A stretch of 64,000 bases of DNA from Kudoa neothunni (lineage: Eukaryota > Animalia > Cnidaria). The notes beneath the pieces are model-generated. The model worked only from the letters and a program-made list of their open reading frames with translations. It had not been told where the DNA came from and did no database searches. The DNA is taken from contig OZ199838.1 in assembly GCA_964304625.1 (NCBI GenBank), forward strand, positions 4,793,289-4,857,288, written 5' to 3'. This document shows, in pieces, positions 1 to 12,315 of this stretch (within the stretch, counting starts at the first letter, position 1; each line of letters begins with the position of its first letter). A program made the position numbers and the translations under genes.

Positions 1-57
1 TGAACCGTACTTTAGCCAGATTCTCATGCTTATTACCATAAAAACAAAGCCACGAAA

Positions 58-120
58 TCTACTATATATATAAAGTTCTTATGTCTGTCAGTTTATGTTT
101 CTAGTAGTACGCATGTGCCT
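58..120 (+). mobile_element. Possible Helitron 5' terminus
   Basis: A|TCTACTATATATATAAAG...TGTCTGTC resembles typical animal Helitron 5' ends (TC start after A). A decayed 3'-end-like motif (taccaggcaaagatgggcattagagcatgt) lies near 4043-4072. No intact RepHel ORF. Confidence 0.35.
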
Positions 121-1072
121 CGAAGAAACTTTTTTTAAATGCAGCTTTTAGTTTGCATTAGAATAGATAATACCATTAATAAAAATTGTTAATTCACTTA
201 TAATTGATTACATTATCAATATCGGTATCAGAAGTAAGGTAATTTCTCGTTGTCAACATCAATTAACAGATTAAAATGTATCTGCATAATATTGATGTTT
301 GTTTACTTCAGAGGAATAAGCAATTAGAATGAACTTTTACTCATTATACACAAAGAGAATCTGTTAATTATGGTATAGAATGTTTAAAAATATTATGTAT
401 GCGTTTTGGAGTTGTTTTAAGACAGACAACATCTTTAGAACCATATTTACCAGAAATGTTGCATTCCCTCAAAATTTCTGGCATATCCAAATTATTTACA
501 ATGTAGATTCAGTTTAAAAGCATTATGGATATATTTAAGCGAAAAAGATTATGATCAATCTAAATAAAACACATTATTCGAGATTATAAATTGTCGTCAT
601 CAAGGAATAATTTGATGGTTCTATAAGTATTCTAAAAACGATGTAAACTGTGTAGAGTTTTCAAAAGATTAAATTTTTCTGATAATTTCATAAATGAAAA
701 TTATACTCCATCGAAATTCTTGAGAATGAAACTATATTAGTCCTTTCGATAAGTTTTTATCCATTTTTTTTGTTTTCCTAAACTTTGTTGCGAAACAACT
801 GGCATAACTAATTCAATAATTTTCTATATTTGATGGGATAATTTTTCAGTAATGCTTGAGCTCCCATAAACCTGATTATTTCTTACCTTTAGACTTTAAC
901 ATTAATATTCAAATCAATATAAAGTTTTGTTTAGGCCCAAAATAACTCGGAATGGTGAAAACCAATACTTGAAAATATAACATACCTCATGCCATTGGTA
1001 AATGAAGAATTTATATCCAAGATTACTCCTGATTAAATACAATCAATTCACACTACGTACTACGTTAGTTAA

Positions 1073-3240
1073 CCCTCAAAGCACTTTTGGGATCCAAATG
1101 GACCCCAGGTCGACTTTAATCTCAATTCATTGCTCATTAAAAATGTTAAAGTGACTGGATCCAATCATTATTATTTTTAAATTTTCTATATACTCATAAT
1201 TTATTTTTAAAATTAGGAATTTTTTGTTTTCTAGGATTTTATATCAAATACTTATACCAAGCAGTTATTGGGTCCAGGAGGACCCCACTTTTTTATTTCA
1301 CAAAAACTTTCATAAAATTATATAAAATAAAATATCTTGATTTCGAAAGGTTACATCCATTAAATTCTGAGAAAAATCCAGGTTTATGTTTCCGACATTG
1401 ATCGAGTGATACCGATTGCCACCGGCCGTTAGAAATGGAAGATTTATATAAATTTTCTAACGACTTATGATTCTGATTGCAGTTAAATTGAAGATATTAT
1501 TGAAGAATGTGTCTCTTCATGTCATTATGATAGTTCAGATGATTATGACGCCACTAACACATATAGGAGAAAAAACAGTGTATTATGGCCTTCATTTGTG
1601 CCGTCAAATACAAAAATCAAGAAAGAAAACATCTCAAACAAACCTCTAGGTCTGACTGCATTTGTAACATCCTGAATTCGCAATTTACAGGATAGTTCTT
1701 CCATTTTTTTGATGATGAATTTTTCAATTCTGCCATTACTCACATTAATAAATTTGGTGCATTTCATTACGGATGCAAATGGGAAATCAAAATATAGTGA
1801 AATATAAACCATACATAGGAATTCTTAAATATATGTCAATATCTAAATATAAAATGGAGTCTCTTAAGCAATTGTGGAGCTTGAATAAAGGACATCATAT
1901 ACTTCGTAGAATCATGCTGTTTTATACATTCATCCAAATAAACAGAAATTTACAATTTGATGACTGCAAGACAAGAGTTTGCGATGAGAAGTCGTAAAGT
2001 TTTTTCCAGTAACCGAAGTTTTCAATAGGTGGAAAAGTAATTTGCCGATGTGTCTAATTCCCTCCGCTCATCTTATTGTTGATGAACAATTAGTTTCATT
2101 GAGAGGCAGGTGTTCCTTTACGCAGTATATTCCCTCCAAACGTGCGGTGTATGTCATTAAATTTTTTCTTTTAACTGACCCTCATATCAATTATACACGT
2201 AATATTTTCGCTTATCTTGGAAGAAACAATGACCAGATCACTAAAGTGTTGGTGAAAAGGTTGTTTTAGAGCTCTCGTCGCACTTGAAGAGGCTAGTAGA
2301 AAAATTTTTTGCGATAATTTTTCAACTTCGACTCCGTTGGCAAACCAACTTCTTAACTTAAGTTTAATCCTTCTGGAGACTATCCGGGGTAACGAACGGA
2401 ATATCTCATTAATTCTTAAAACCAAGGAATAGGGGGAGTTTTTTAGTTCAATTTTCCTAAAAAGGACAATACGGTCATTTTATTAGCGACGCCCTCAAAC
2501 AATATTAATTTGTGCCATGATCAGACAAAAAATCTTCAAGTTATTGTAGATTATGACAAAACTAAGGGTGTGTGGATACGTTAGATAGTATCCCGTACAA
2601 TACGAAAAAAGATGTATATTATGCGCTCGATTCTTTGATATAAATATAAAGAACAAATGTTATAATTGCTCAGAACATCGTTGCAACATACATTCGAGAA
2701 TTGTTTGTTAGAAACAGAAATAAAAAATGACCAGGAAAAAGTATTTAGTTACATATTATAATTTTGATTATTAATTATTAATCCATATTTTATTATGAAT
2801 GATTGGCCTCTATGTGAGCTCGCAACGGTAGATGTGCCAAATTTTTTTTATAAATATCAGTTAGGTAACATTGTATTTTATAGTATTTTAAAAAATTTTA
2901 TCAAAAAATTATAAGAGTCGGTAAAATCAGAATCATGTTGTTACAAGTGAACATAGGTATTTTCAAATATTATTAGAATTTTGGTAAATTCTACTATCCT
3001 TTTCGTAACTAGATAACGTTGTGAAAAGATCATATGGTATATTAAATATAATTTCATTCATATTTCAATACGTAAAATTAATAAATAAATGCTCGGAAGA
3101 CATCGACTACCACCCCACACAAATAAATTATGATTATTTCGTTATCGCTCCTGTAAAAAAAAGTTTTAAAATAATATAATTATATTTCATAATGCTGTGT
3201 ATCGTAATAAGAAATAAAAATTCGGGGGTCCCATTAATCT
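1073..3240 (+). mobile_element. Decayed piggyBac element (PGBD4-like transposase pseudogene)
   Basis: TTAA at 1069-1072 is followed by a CCCTCAAAGCAC terminus, with GG(G/A)TCC..GGACCCC subterminal repeats near 1090 and 1270. Broken transposase has VDEQLVSLRGRCSFTQYIPSK, CDNFSTS and YDKTKG-VD motifs (2042-2590). Right end is approximate. Confidence 0.85.
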
Positions 3241-4504
3241 GAGAATAATTAAATAAAAATGTTATTATGATAATATCAAATAGTACGTTTATTTTTTAAA
3301 AAGAGCACTCTGAAGATAAAAAAATTGATATTTAACATTACTGTAATTTTTCAAACCAAAAACACCTTAACATTTTAGGTTTCATCATATTTTGTAAATT
3401 CAATTATATGATTTTTATACAGTTAATAATTTGTTGAAGAAAGATTACATTTATATAAACATTGAAAAATATTGTTAAAAGAACGAATGTATAATTTTTC
3501 GCTCACAGATTATTAAAACCTGATTAACAACCTTCATAAAATTATGAGATAGGAGTAACAATAAATATTTTTATTTCACACGCATTTTGGGTTTATTTTA
3601 TTTTTGTTTCTTATCACTTGCAGAGTAATAATAAGTTTTGGGACTAGAAGAATTAATTTTTATCGCCAAATATTGAAAAAAACTGAAAGTCCTGTTTTAA
3701 ATTGCCTAATGGATTTTTTTATAAGAAAATAGATATTAACAGTTAATTAGATTGCCCATAAAATTATAATCATTGTATTTTTGGTCAATAATTTGTTGTA
3801 TGATAAACTTAAAAATACTCATTAATTTTCTCTCAATACCTCTATTTACATTTTACTGAAAGGTGCATGCATATTTTGGTGTATCTAACTCACCACGATG
3901 CAAAAATAATGCCAAGTTTAAAAATGCATAAATTAGAATGGAGATATAAACTTTACAAGGTTTAACGTGCCAATTAAATATACTTTACCGTAGAATTTAT
4001 CCATTCAAGAATAAAATTATAAGTTAAAATTTTCCACCACAGTACCAGGCAAAGATGGGCATTAGAGCATGTCGCTTATATGTGTGTTGCTATTCACAAT
4101 GCTTTGCCAGAATTATGTGAACTTATTGATAAAAGCACCTACAAAAATATCATTTAATATTCTTTTAAGTCTATTATTTTATAAGATGGTTTTTGCATTA
4201 ATCTCGCATTTTGTTTTAATTTTTAATAATAATAAATAATAATTTCTCGTTAGTTAACTCTTTATTTTAATAAACACAATCATTAATCAAAATAATGATT
4301 TTATCCTCAAACATTTACGCGTGTATAGATAATAATTCAACAAACTTCATTAAATTTTTTAATTTAAAATATTACGCATCTCTGTCTATACTTGGTTAGA
4401 ATTTTAATATTTTCAACAAAAAATTACAGAAAATTATTTCATAGTTGTTAATTTTTTGTTTAATATCAAAAATAATTTATGTCAGTGATTAAAAAATTTT
4501 AACA

Positions 4505-5455
4505 CAGTAAAAAACCAATTTCACGCACTCGCGTACGCAATTATTTCATAAAAAATTGGCATTTAATAATGATTAAATTGCGTTTATAAAGAGTAGCTAA
4601 CTATACATTAATTTTTAAACGATTATTAAAACTCGAGAAACATGTTAACGGCACAAAAATATTTTTCAACGATCTATAAGATACTCTTCTTATTGCTATC
4701 AGTAGAATAGGGTAGTTTCGTCTACATTGTAAATAAAATTTTCAGAGTATTTTTTAAAAAATGTTTTGATTTGATTGGTCTACTATGAAGTAGTTTCAGC
4801 GGTAGCATCAGCAGATTAGTTAATAAAATTCGATTTTCAAACGTGAAAACTTTTTTAGAGCAGCGAAACCCACCACGAATAGCACATAAAGGTAAACCTT
4901 TTTCTTGGGTAAATTGATTTCTCTTGATGATTCTCTTGACGACGCTTACTACAATCTTTCTGCTTCGTGTCCACCCAATCCATTCACATACATCTCCATC
5001 AAAAGAATTAAATTGTCCTGCATGCAAATAATATCTATTTTTAGATTCTACAAACATTTATAGGTTTTGATTATTTTATTTATCATCTCTAGGATGTCAT
5101 TAGGAGTCGAGATAATCGATATTTTAAAATGTGATACAGTGGCAGTTTTTGGATCATTAGATTGAAGACTTTCATAATAATTAGTAATATTATACTCTTC
5201 GACAATAAATATAGTTTAGGAGTTTTTTGACATTAAATATTGAATTAACCAAATAATAAACAAGAAGTACCCAAAAGAGGTGCGTGAAATTGGTCGATCA
5301 CGTGACTGTTAGTTACGTTAATTAGCAACTTGTTAAAATAACTTTTATAAAACTTTTGACTGAAATATTATAAGAAACATATTATAGAAACAATGATAGA
5401 TCAATATTCTAACTCAATAGATTTTTAAAAAGTGCGTGAGATTGGTTACTTACTG
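4505..5455. mobile_element. Non-autonomous pogo/Tigger-type element (CAGT..ACTG TIRs)
   Basis: 25-bp TIRs: CAGTAAAAAACCAATTTCACGCACT vs reverse complement of the right end CAGTAAGTAACCAATCTCACGCACT. TA follows the right end; an internal copy of the TIR core is near 5280. Confidence 0.75.
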
Positions 5456-5548
5456 TATATATTAAAAAAAACCATTAAATAACTAATTTAATTTACATAA
5501 TAAACATTTTATTAAAAATGGGCACATTAGATAAACAATTTAAGTTAA

Positions 5549-5713
5549 CCCTTTAGTTCCCAAATTTTTCGTTTTCATCAAGGATTTTTTTGATTAAACT
5601 AATATAAAAATTATAACTAATTTGAATGTTATTTTTTTAAAAATAAATAATTTAACAAAATTTTTAAATCGTTTTTAATCCGTCCATTGAAATGAACAAT
5701 TTGAACGAAAGGG
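5549..5713. mobile_element. piggyBac-type MITE (165 bp)
   Basis: TTAA|CCCTTTAGTTC ... GAACGAAAGGG|TTAA. Confidence 0.7.
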
Positions 5714-6508
5714 TTAAAATATTTATATGTATGATTGGATTACACATTAAAACAAATTAGGGGCCCGCATGTAAGAAAGGTTAAAAAACACTGCATTGGA
5801 AGGTTAATTACATTTGTTATGGATTATCTCTTTTGATTGTACAGTATTTGACCACCCCCGATTCAGGTGGTCGATAACAAATTCTAATTAACAGTTAATC
5901 TTGTGATCAGTGACGGGGACACGAGTGTCATATTTTGATACTTAAACGTGAAAGTTCCCACACGATTTTATTCGTAAACACATTAGGTGGTAAACGACCA
6001 GTAGTTTATCAGTTTATCGCTTAGAATAAGAGCGCATTATATTCTTAGACATACATTTAACTCTATTATAACAAATCCAGTCTATCAAGCAGTTCTTCGA
6101 ATATCATAAATAACCAATATAACAACTGTATGCTTAAAATATTGCGCCGAACCCAATTCATTCTAGCACCCTTTTCCTTCTATATGTCTGCGCAGTTATA
6201 TCCTCCTGAAATCTCCATCATTAAATAATAATACGATTAGCACAGCAACAATAGAGATATTATTTCTATTGACAAAAGCACAAGCTTCTTTTATGTCCTT
6301 TACAAAAGAACTAATCTCTGAATCCACATCATAACTATACCTACAATTCTATCTGCTTAGGGATGGAAGCGACAGTTGACTTTCGTGTCTTAATCAGCCA
6401 CTAACGAGTTGATCAGAGGCGAATAACATAATTAGCTTCTCGGATATGCACTCGTTCGCGAGCATACCCGAACAATTTCCCGAAAATACGTTTGAAGTGC
6501 TGTGCTCA

Positions 6509-6516
6509 TCACATGA
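6509..6516. promoter_or_regulatory. Extended E-box (TCACATGA) upstream of the USF-like gene
   Basis: TCACATGA about 255 bp before ATG 6771, near GGGCGG (~6531) and CCAAT (6571). Motif match only. Confidence 0.3.
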
Positions 6517-6770
6517 TCAAATCAAATTTGGGCGGTATATTTTTGTTTTTTGTACACCACGATTAGTTCACCAATAAATACCATTACATTCTAAATTATT
6601 TTGTTGGTTAGCGCGCGATAAAATTATAAATTTTTAACGGCAAACCATTTTAAAGCTCGTATTCTTGATTGGTTCCAGCAATTATTTAATGCATAATAGG
6701 AAGCGTTTTCTTCGTTTCGGAGTGTTTAAAACTATTTTTAATGGCCCTAAAATTAGACAAAAATCAAGAT

Positions 6771-7882
6771 ATGTCTCAGCTGGCCAATTATCCCACTGAA
6801 AGTTATGATTCGGGTGGCAACTATAAAGATGAGTCGACCTATCAACCTAGTTGTATAAATCGTAGTGCAATATCAACCACCACTGCTGGTGCTGAAGGTT
6901 TTTTGGGATAAGTTGTGCGCGAATGAGCTTTTCTTTAGATCCGACTATGGCGCCACCAACAACCACAACCACCTATGTGGCTAATGCGCCTGCCAATTTT
7001 TCACTTGAAGAACTAGAAAATATGAACAATAACATAATTATTGAGAATGCGAATGGACCAGATACATTCAATTCTAATTCGATCGCCTATTCACTTGAAA
7101 CATTCTCCAACAATGAAGATCTATATTTAATGTTACAACATTACCAAAATAACCCCGCAGCCAATGAACAAACACCCCTTATTATCGATTCTGATTTACA
7201 AAATCAACAGTTGTTTTTGAACAAAATTAATGAAGAGCTGAAGTAGGTTGATCGTTGGTGATGGTGTTTGGTATAATTTCCTGATTCATAGCAAACAACC
7301 ATCGATTGAACAACCTAAACCATCCTCAAGAAAGAAATCGGCTGATGGTAAATCATCAACTCGAAACGTTCGTGATGAACGACGTAGAAGCAGTCACAAT
7401 GAAGGTAGTTGTTGCTATGATTGGTTTTGTAATGTGTTGTTAAATTAGTTGAAAGAAAGAGACGAGGCAAAATCAACGCTCTCATCAATCAACTCAACCA
7501 ACTTGTGCCCGAAACATATGGCGCGGACGATTCCAACACTTCTGGAGTAATTGTTCACCTACTTGCTCAGTTTAATAACCAATATTGTAATTTCGTGTAT
7601 TTAAATAAATAGAACAATGGGAGCAAAGGCAAAGTACTATCACGTATCTATGAGTACATGTTCGATATCACCGAACAAAACAAACATTTTGAACAAATCT
7701 GCCAGGAAAATGCCGCTTTGAAGCGTGAACTTGAAGTTCTTAAATATCATCATCAGAACTGTACATATACCAACAACTCCTGCGAACAACCCCCCTCCAA
7801 CACAACTGCAAATATCTGCCAACATCAACCACCTATCAACTACCATGATATCACTTCCAGTCGAAACCCACCACAATTGTAA
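6771..7882 (+). CDS. USF: Upstream stimulatory factor-like bHLH-ZIP transcription factor (5 exons)
   Basis: Exons 6771-6897, 6939-7242, 7292-7404, 7449-7546 and 7613-7882 join through GT-AG introns of 41, 49, 44 and 66 nt. Product contains RDERRRSSHNEVERKRRGKINALINQLNQLVPE...SKGKVLSRIYEYM, matching the USF basic-HLH, then a zipper-like stretch. Confidence 0.85.
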
Positions 7883-8428
7883 ACTTTGTCTATAGCTTCT
7901 TCATTGGTTTTAAATTTTTTTTTTCGGTGCTGTTGCCATTTTTCTTTTATCCTGATGTTATGATTTTTGTCGTCGCCCTACTTCACTAATAAAGTTTTTT
8001 AAGTTTGATGTGGATTTTAATGTGACTGAGCGTAATACAGTTTTTCGAATGATAATTATTACACATTCTTGTAGAATATTCAATCTGCTTGAATGCTTGT
8101 TGATATTTTTATCACTTGAAATATCATTTTTATAAATTTATTACATTTTAATAAATTTTATATTAAAATTATGGGATTCACCAGTTATATTGAACAAATT
8201 CCAATGTTTCAGGCGATATTGTTAATGAACTTCATATTTTTGAATAAGATGGGGCGCCAGATGTAAAAAGATGTGAAAAAGAGAGAAAAGAAGGAATTCA
8301 TGGAATAAATTAGTTAAAAATCATTGTTAATTCACTTCAAAAATTTATTATCGTTCCGAAAAAATCATAATTTAGTTCATAATTAATAATATAAAGAAAT
8401 AAATTTGGCGGATGAATTTAAACTTACA

Positions 8429-11328
8429 CAATTGGACCTGGATATAGCTAGGTTTTGATTTAACGTTTATTTTAAGATTTAGGGAATGGTTCGGATTCTT
8501 TTTCTGTATTAAACGGTAATGTTAATTTAAACCTAAGAGTCTGTTTAGGAATTTTTTTTTCTAACTGTACAACATCTCGTTATATCGGGGTTCATTCATA
8601 TTGCGAGGTTTTTATGAGGTTGGTGACTGGTTATAACGAAGTTTCTAGATGGATAGCAAGAAATTAACTATAGTCTAAAAACTCATTATTATAGAATTTT
8701 AGAAATTAAGAAAGAGAATTTGGGGAATAGAGGCCGAAAAAAATAATTTAATATACATGGTAACTACGTCATTCTCAATTATCGTATGAGAATTTGTATG
8801 TTCGTCATCGTTGGGAGCGACCCTGTAAAATGAGCACACAGTTATTAGTTCCGATATTACCTACAATAGAGTGTCATCTGGAAAATCTATGCTTCTCGCA
8901 AATAATTTTGTTTCTTCCCAAGAATGCCGCTAGCTATATGCAGTCAATGGATGCTGGAATAACACATTACTTAAGATGCCATTATCGAAGTACTCTTTGT
9001 CAGCACATTCTAGCGCATGAAGATAGCTGCGAACTAAAGTATACATTATTAGATTACGTTAAAATCCTTGAAAAGTCTTGGGATCAAGTTTTTTCATTAA
9101 CCATCATTAATTGTTTAATTAAGTCAAAAACATTTAACAAATTATTTTAAAAATGATAAAAATTGGTATATATTTCTAATCCTATATTTATTTATTTATT
9201 TCATATTTAATTTATCATTTTTATGTAGTTTAGTTTAATCCTCTATCGACCTCAAAACGGTATTCCTGCAACACTTTTGGGGGAAAAATTACTCCAGTTT
9301 TTATTGTGCCGATGTGTGTAAAAAAATAATTAATTGGGGGATACAAAATATGATTTAATTTAAACTAGTAAAATCATTGGAATGTTGTATTAATTACGCC
9401 AAATAATCTCAAACTAATCTCGATTATAACATTGTCGGGATATATCGGCCTTCTCCGCAAGTGTTTACAAAATAAAAGTAACGTTATCGGCTAATAAAAG
9501 ACTCATAAAAAGATAAAAAATAACGAAAAAACAAAAATAAGCACAACAATTAATTTGGGCACTTTAAAAGAACTTCGAAGCATGAGTGAAGAAATAAAAT
9601 TTGCAGCAATTATGACATCATTTAGAGTTCTTCTTATCATTTTATCTTCCGCAAAAATCTCAGCGTGATGATTTTTTATTCGAATATAAGATTTACTCAA
9701 ATTTCTTCCGATAACTTTTCTGGATGTTCTATTTACAGTGAATTGTACAATTCCTCAGAAATCTCTTTCAGAAAGTTTCTCCTTAATTTTTTATCGGAGT
9801 TAAATATAGCATTGATCAACGAGATATAAGTCATGTTGAAAAAGACGATAAACCACCATCTTCTTTTAAACTTTTGTTTAGAAATTGATGCCAACAACAT
9901 TCTATCCACATTGTCAACCCCACCTTTGGTTGCATTGTAATGAATTATCGTATGAGGTTTTAATTTTTACACGCACCGACTACGGTATTATCAGTGGGAC
10001 TTGTCAATCCTTATGAATAGCTATTAATATTAGAAGGCCTACCTAACTTTTAAATTCAATTTTATTGGTATCATGTCATTCGTCATTGAAATGATGATTT
10101 CCAAGCATAATTTGCGTACATTATGATAATACTACCGATTTCTGAGGTAAAGAATAACAAAAAACAATAAATGAATGATTTTATTTTTGATACAGAATAT
10201 GAAATGGCATTAAGGATGGAATTCACTATGTTTTCGGCACAGTTTTTTCTCGTAGGTGACTTTGATGAACTCCAAATAATTCCAGTTTTACTTTTTAAAG
10301 TATTATCATTAATATCTATGGGATCTATTTCTTGGCCCGATATATCACATTTATCAATAACATGATCGTCAAATTCGCTTCCAAATAAGGTATATTCGTC
10401 AATGAAATCATTTGCGTCATTCATTTAGAATTATGCACTACGCGCATATGCGCATTGTCCCAACCAACCATTTTTTCCCTTGTTTTCTTCAAAACTACTC
10501 GTTTGATTTAACTAATAATTTATTATTTGATTACTTACAAGGCACTCTTTGGATTAAAATAATAAAAAAGTGGGATAAATTTTACCCCCAAAACCGTTAG
10601 ATAATATTTATCAAATTTTTATTCTCATTATTTGTTCCAAATTTGTTTGGTATAAGTAAATCATTATAAGTTCCAGGAGTAACGAAAATTTGGTGAGATT
10701 TAATGAATGAAACAAAATGATATGCTCAATACAAAATCGTTAGAGGGTTAATTACGTGGGTTTTCTAATACACACAATTTTTTCACTTTAATTAATATTT
10801 TTAAGAATAGATTTTGAAAAAATGCGTAATTTTTTGATGGAAAAGATTAAAACCCATATAAAATGATCAGAGTTTTTATTAAAACCATTCGTGTACGTGA
10901 ACCGTGAACATTAATTTAGTTTATAAAAAATGAGCGGAAAAATTTGGTTCGCCTTAAAAAAGAATAGATCATATTAGGCTTTTAAAAGTAGATTTTTATG
11001 TAGGAAGATCAAAAAATGTTCTAAAGATAATTATATTTACGTTTAGACTGTTTAAACGACAAATATTGGTATTTTAGATTTATTACAAGAGGTGTGAATG
11101 GTTACAGTTGATTTCGATTAATAGCCAATTATTCTGTTTAGATAAATTTTTCGTTTACTATATCGAAATAATGAAGTCTTATTTGTTCAATTGAAATTAA
11201 AAACGTTGAATTTTTATTACTGGAAAACAAATAAAATATAACTTTCTCCCCTAACGTGTGTACGCAAGTCATGGGTATTGCTAGGATTTTTGTCTGCCCA
11301 TAAACCTCGTTATATCCAGGTTCGACTG
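8429..11328 (+). mobile_element. Decayed pogo/Tigger element carrying a nested piggyBac
   Basis: TIR pair CAATTGGACCTGGATATAGCTAGG / CAGTCGAACCTGGATATAACGAGG (19/24), with TA at the right end. DDE_1-type fragment LFLPKNAASYMQSMDAGI at 8794-9150. Confidence 0.7.
9239..10747 (-). mobile_element. Internally deleted piggyBac element nested in the Tigger relic
   Basis: TTAA at 9235-9238 and 10748-10751; termini TCCTCTATCGA / CCCTCTAACGA. Minus-strand fragments KSKTGIIWS and YNATKGGVDNVDRM. Confidence 0.85.
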
Positions 11329-11437
11329 TAATCTCATTGAGGCTTAAAAACGTTATTAATTGTCGGTCAATTTATATCAAAAAATGAAACAATTTAATAA
11401 GAAAATTTTGTAAAAATTTACAATAATATATTCTTAA

Positions 11438-11601
11438 CCCTTTGAGGCCTGAAAATCAAGGAGTGAGAAAATATTTTTTTTGAAAATGTTAAAATATCTA
11501 AAAAATAAAAATTAATAATATATATAAAAATTTAAGAAATATTTAGTTAGGAAATCTATTAAACTTAATGGTGCCATATGGCCCCATTCGGTCTTAAAGG
11601 G
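11438..11601. mobile_element. piggyBac-type MITE (164 bp)
   Basis: TTAA|CCCTTTGAGGCC ... GGTCTTAAAGGG|TTAA. Confidence 0.7.
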
Positions 11602-12315
11602 TTAACTAATATTTATAACAACATATTTCAGCTAAGACTCATCTAATTATATTTTAACGTAATCTACGAATTAGGGAACACCAACTGTTATTATTTAAAA
11701 GTGTCCAAAGAAAGTTCCAAATATTATACAACGAAATTGTATTGACTTTTTATGAAATTATTCGAACTTTATTGTTACCCCCGACAAGAAAAATTTTTCC
11801 CTCACACTTGGTTGAATCACATAATAAACCAATCATCACAATAAGACAATTTTATTATCTTATTAAATTTCTGAATATAACTACAACGAAAAACATTACT
11901 CGGGTATACTTTTTTTAATTCTTTCGGGTCCATCGTTCTCTTCTGTGAATAAGACAAAAATTGCTACAAACATGTTGGAAAACTTTCAAATAAAATTTTA
12001 CACTTATTTCTCAAGAATTTAATTATACACTATATTTTTTGGAACAAAAAAAATTGGACTCTAACTAAATGATCCATTTAGGGAATAAGAGGAAATTGCG
12101 TAAACTGGTCTATCTTACTTTCCAACTCGACTTACAGAATGACAAACAGTTCGTTAAGCGAGGCATTTTGCGAAAAAAAATTGAAAACAACAAACATAGA
12201 TTTTATATAACGAAACATTAAAATCAAGTTTAAACTGGTAGTAGCAGAGTATACATATATAGCTAAAACTCTGCGGATCATAATCCAAAATGTTTAGTCA
12301 ACTTCAAATCTGCCA

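Noticed and set aside
5880-6480. Gypsy-like relic (GFGAI-type RNase H trace); similar faint traces near 15700-15900 and 42650-42800
   Set aside because: Only single short motifs with no LTRs; too weak to list as features.
11220-11285. Possible Helitron 3' end (...GGGTATTGCTAG)
   Set aside because: The hairpin is degenerate and CTAG is not followed by T.
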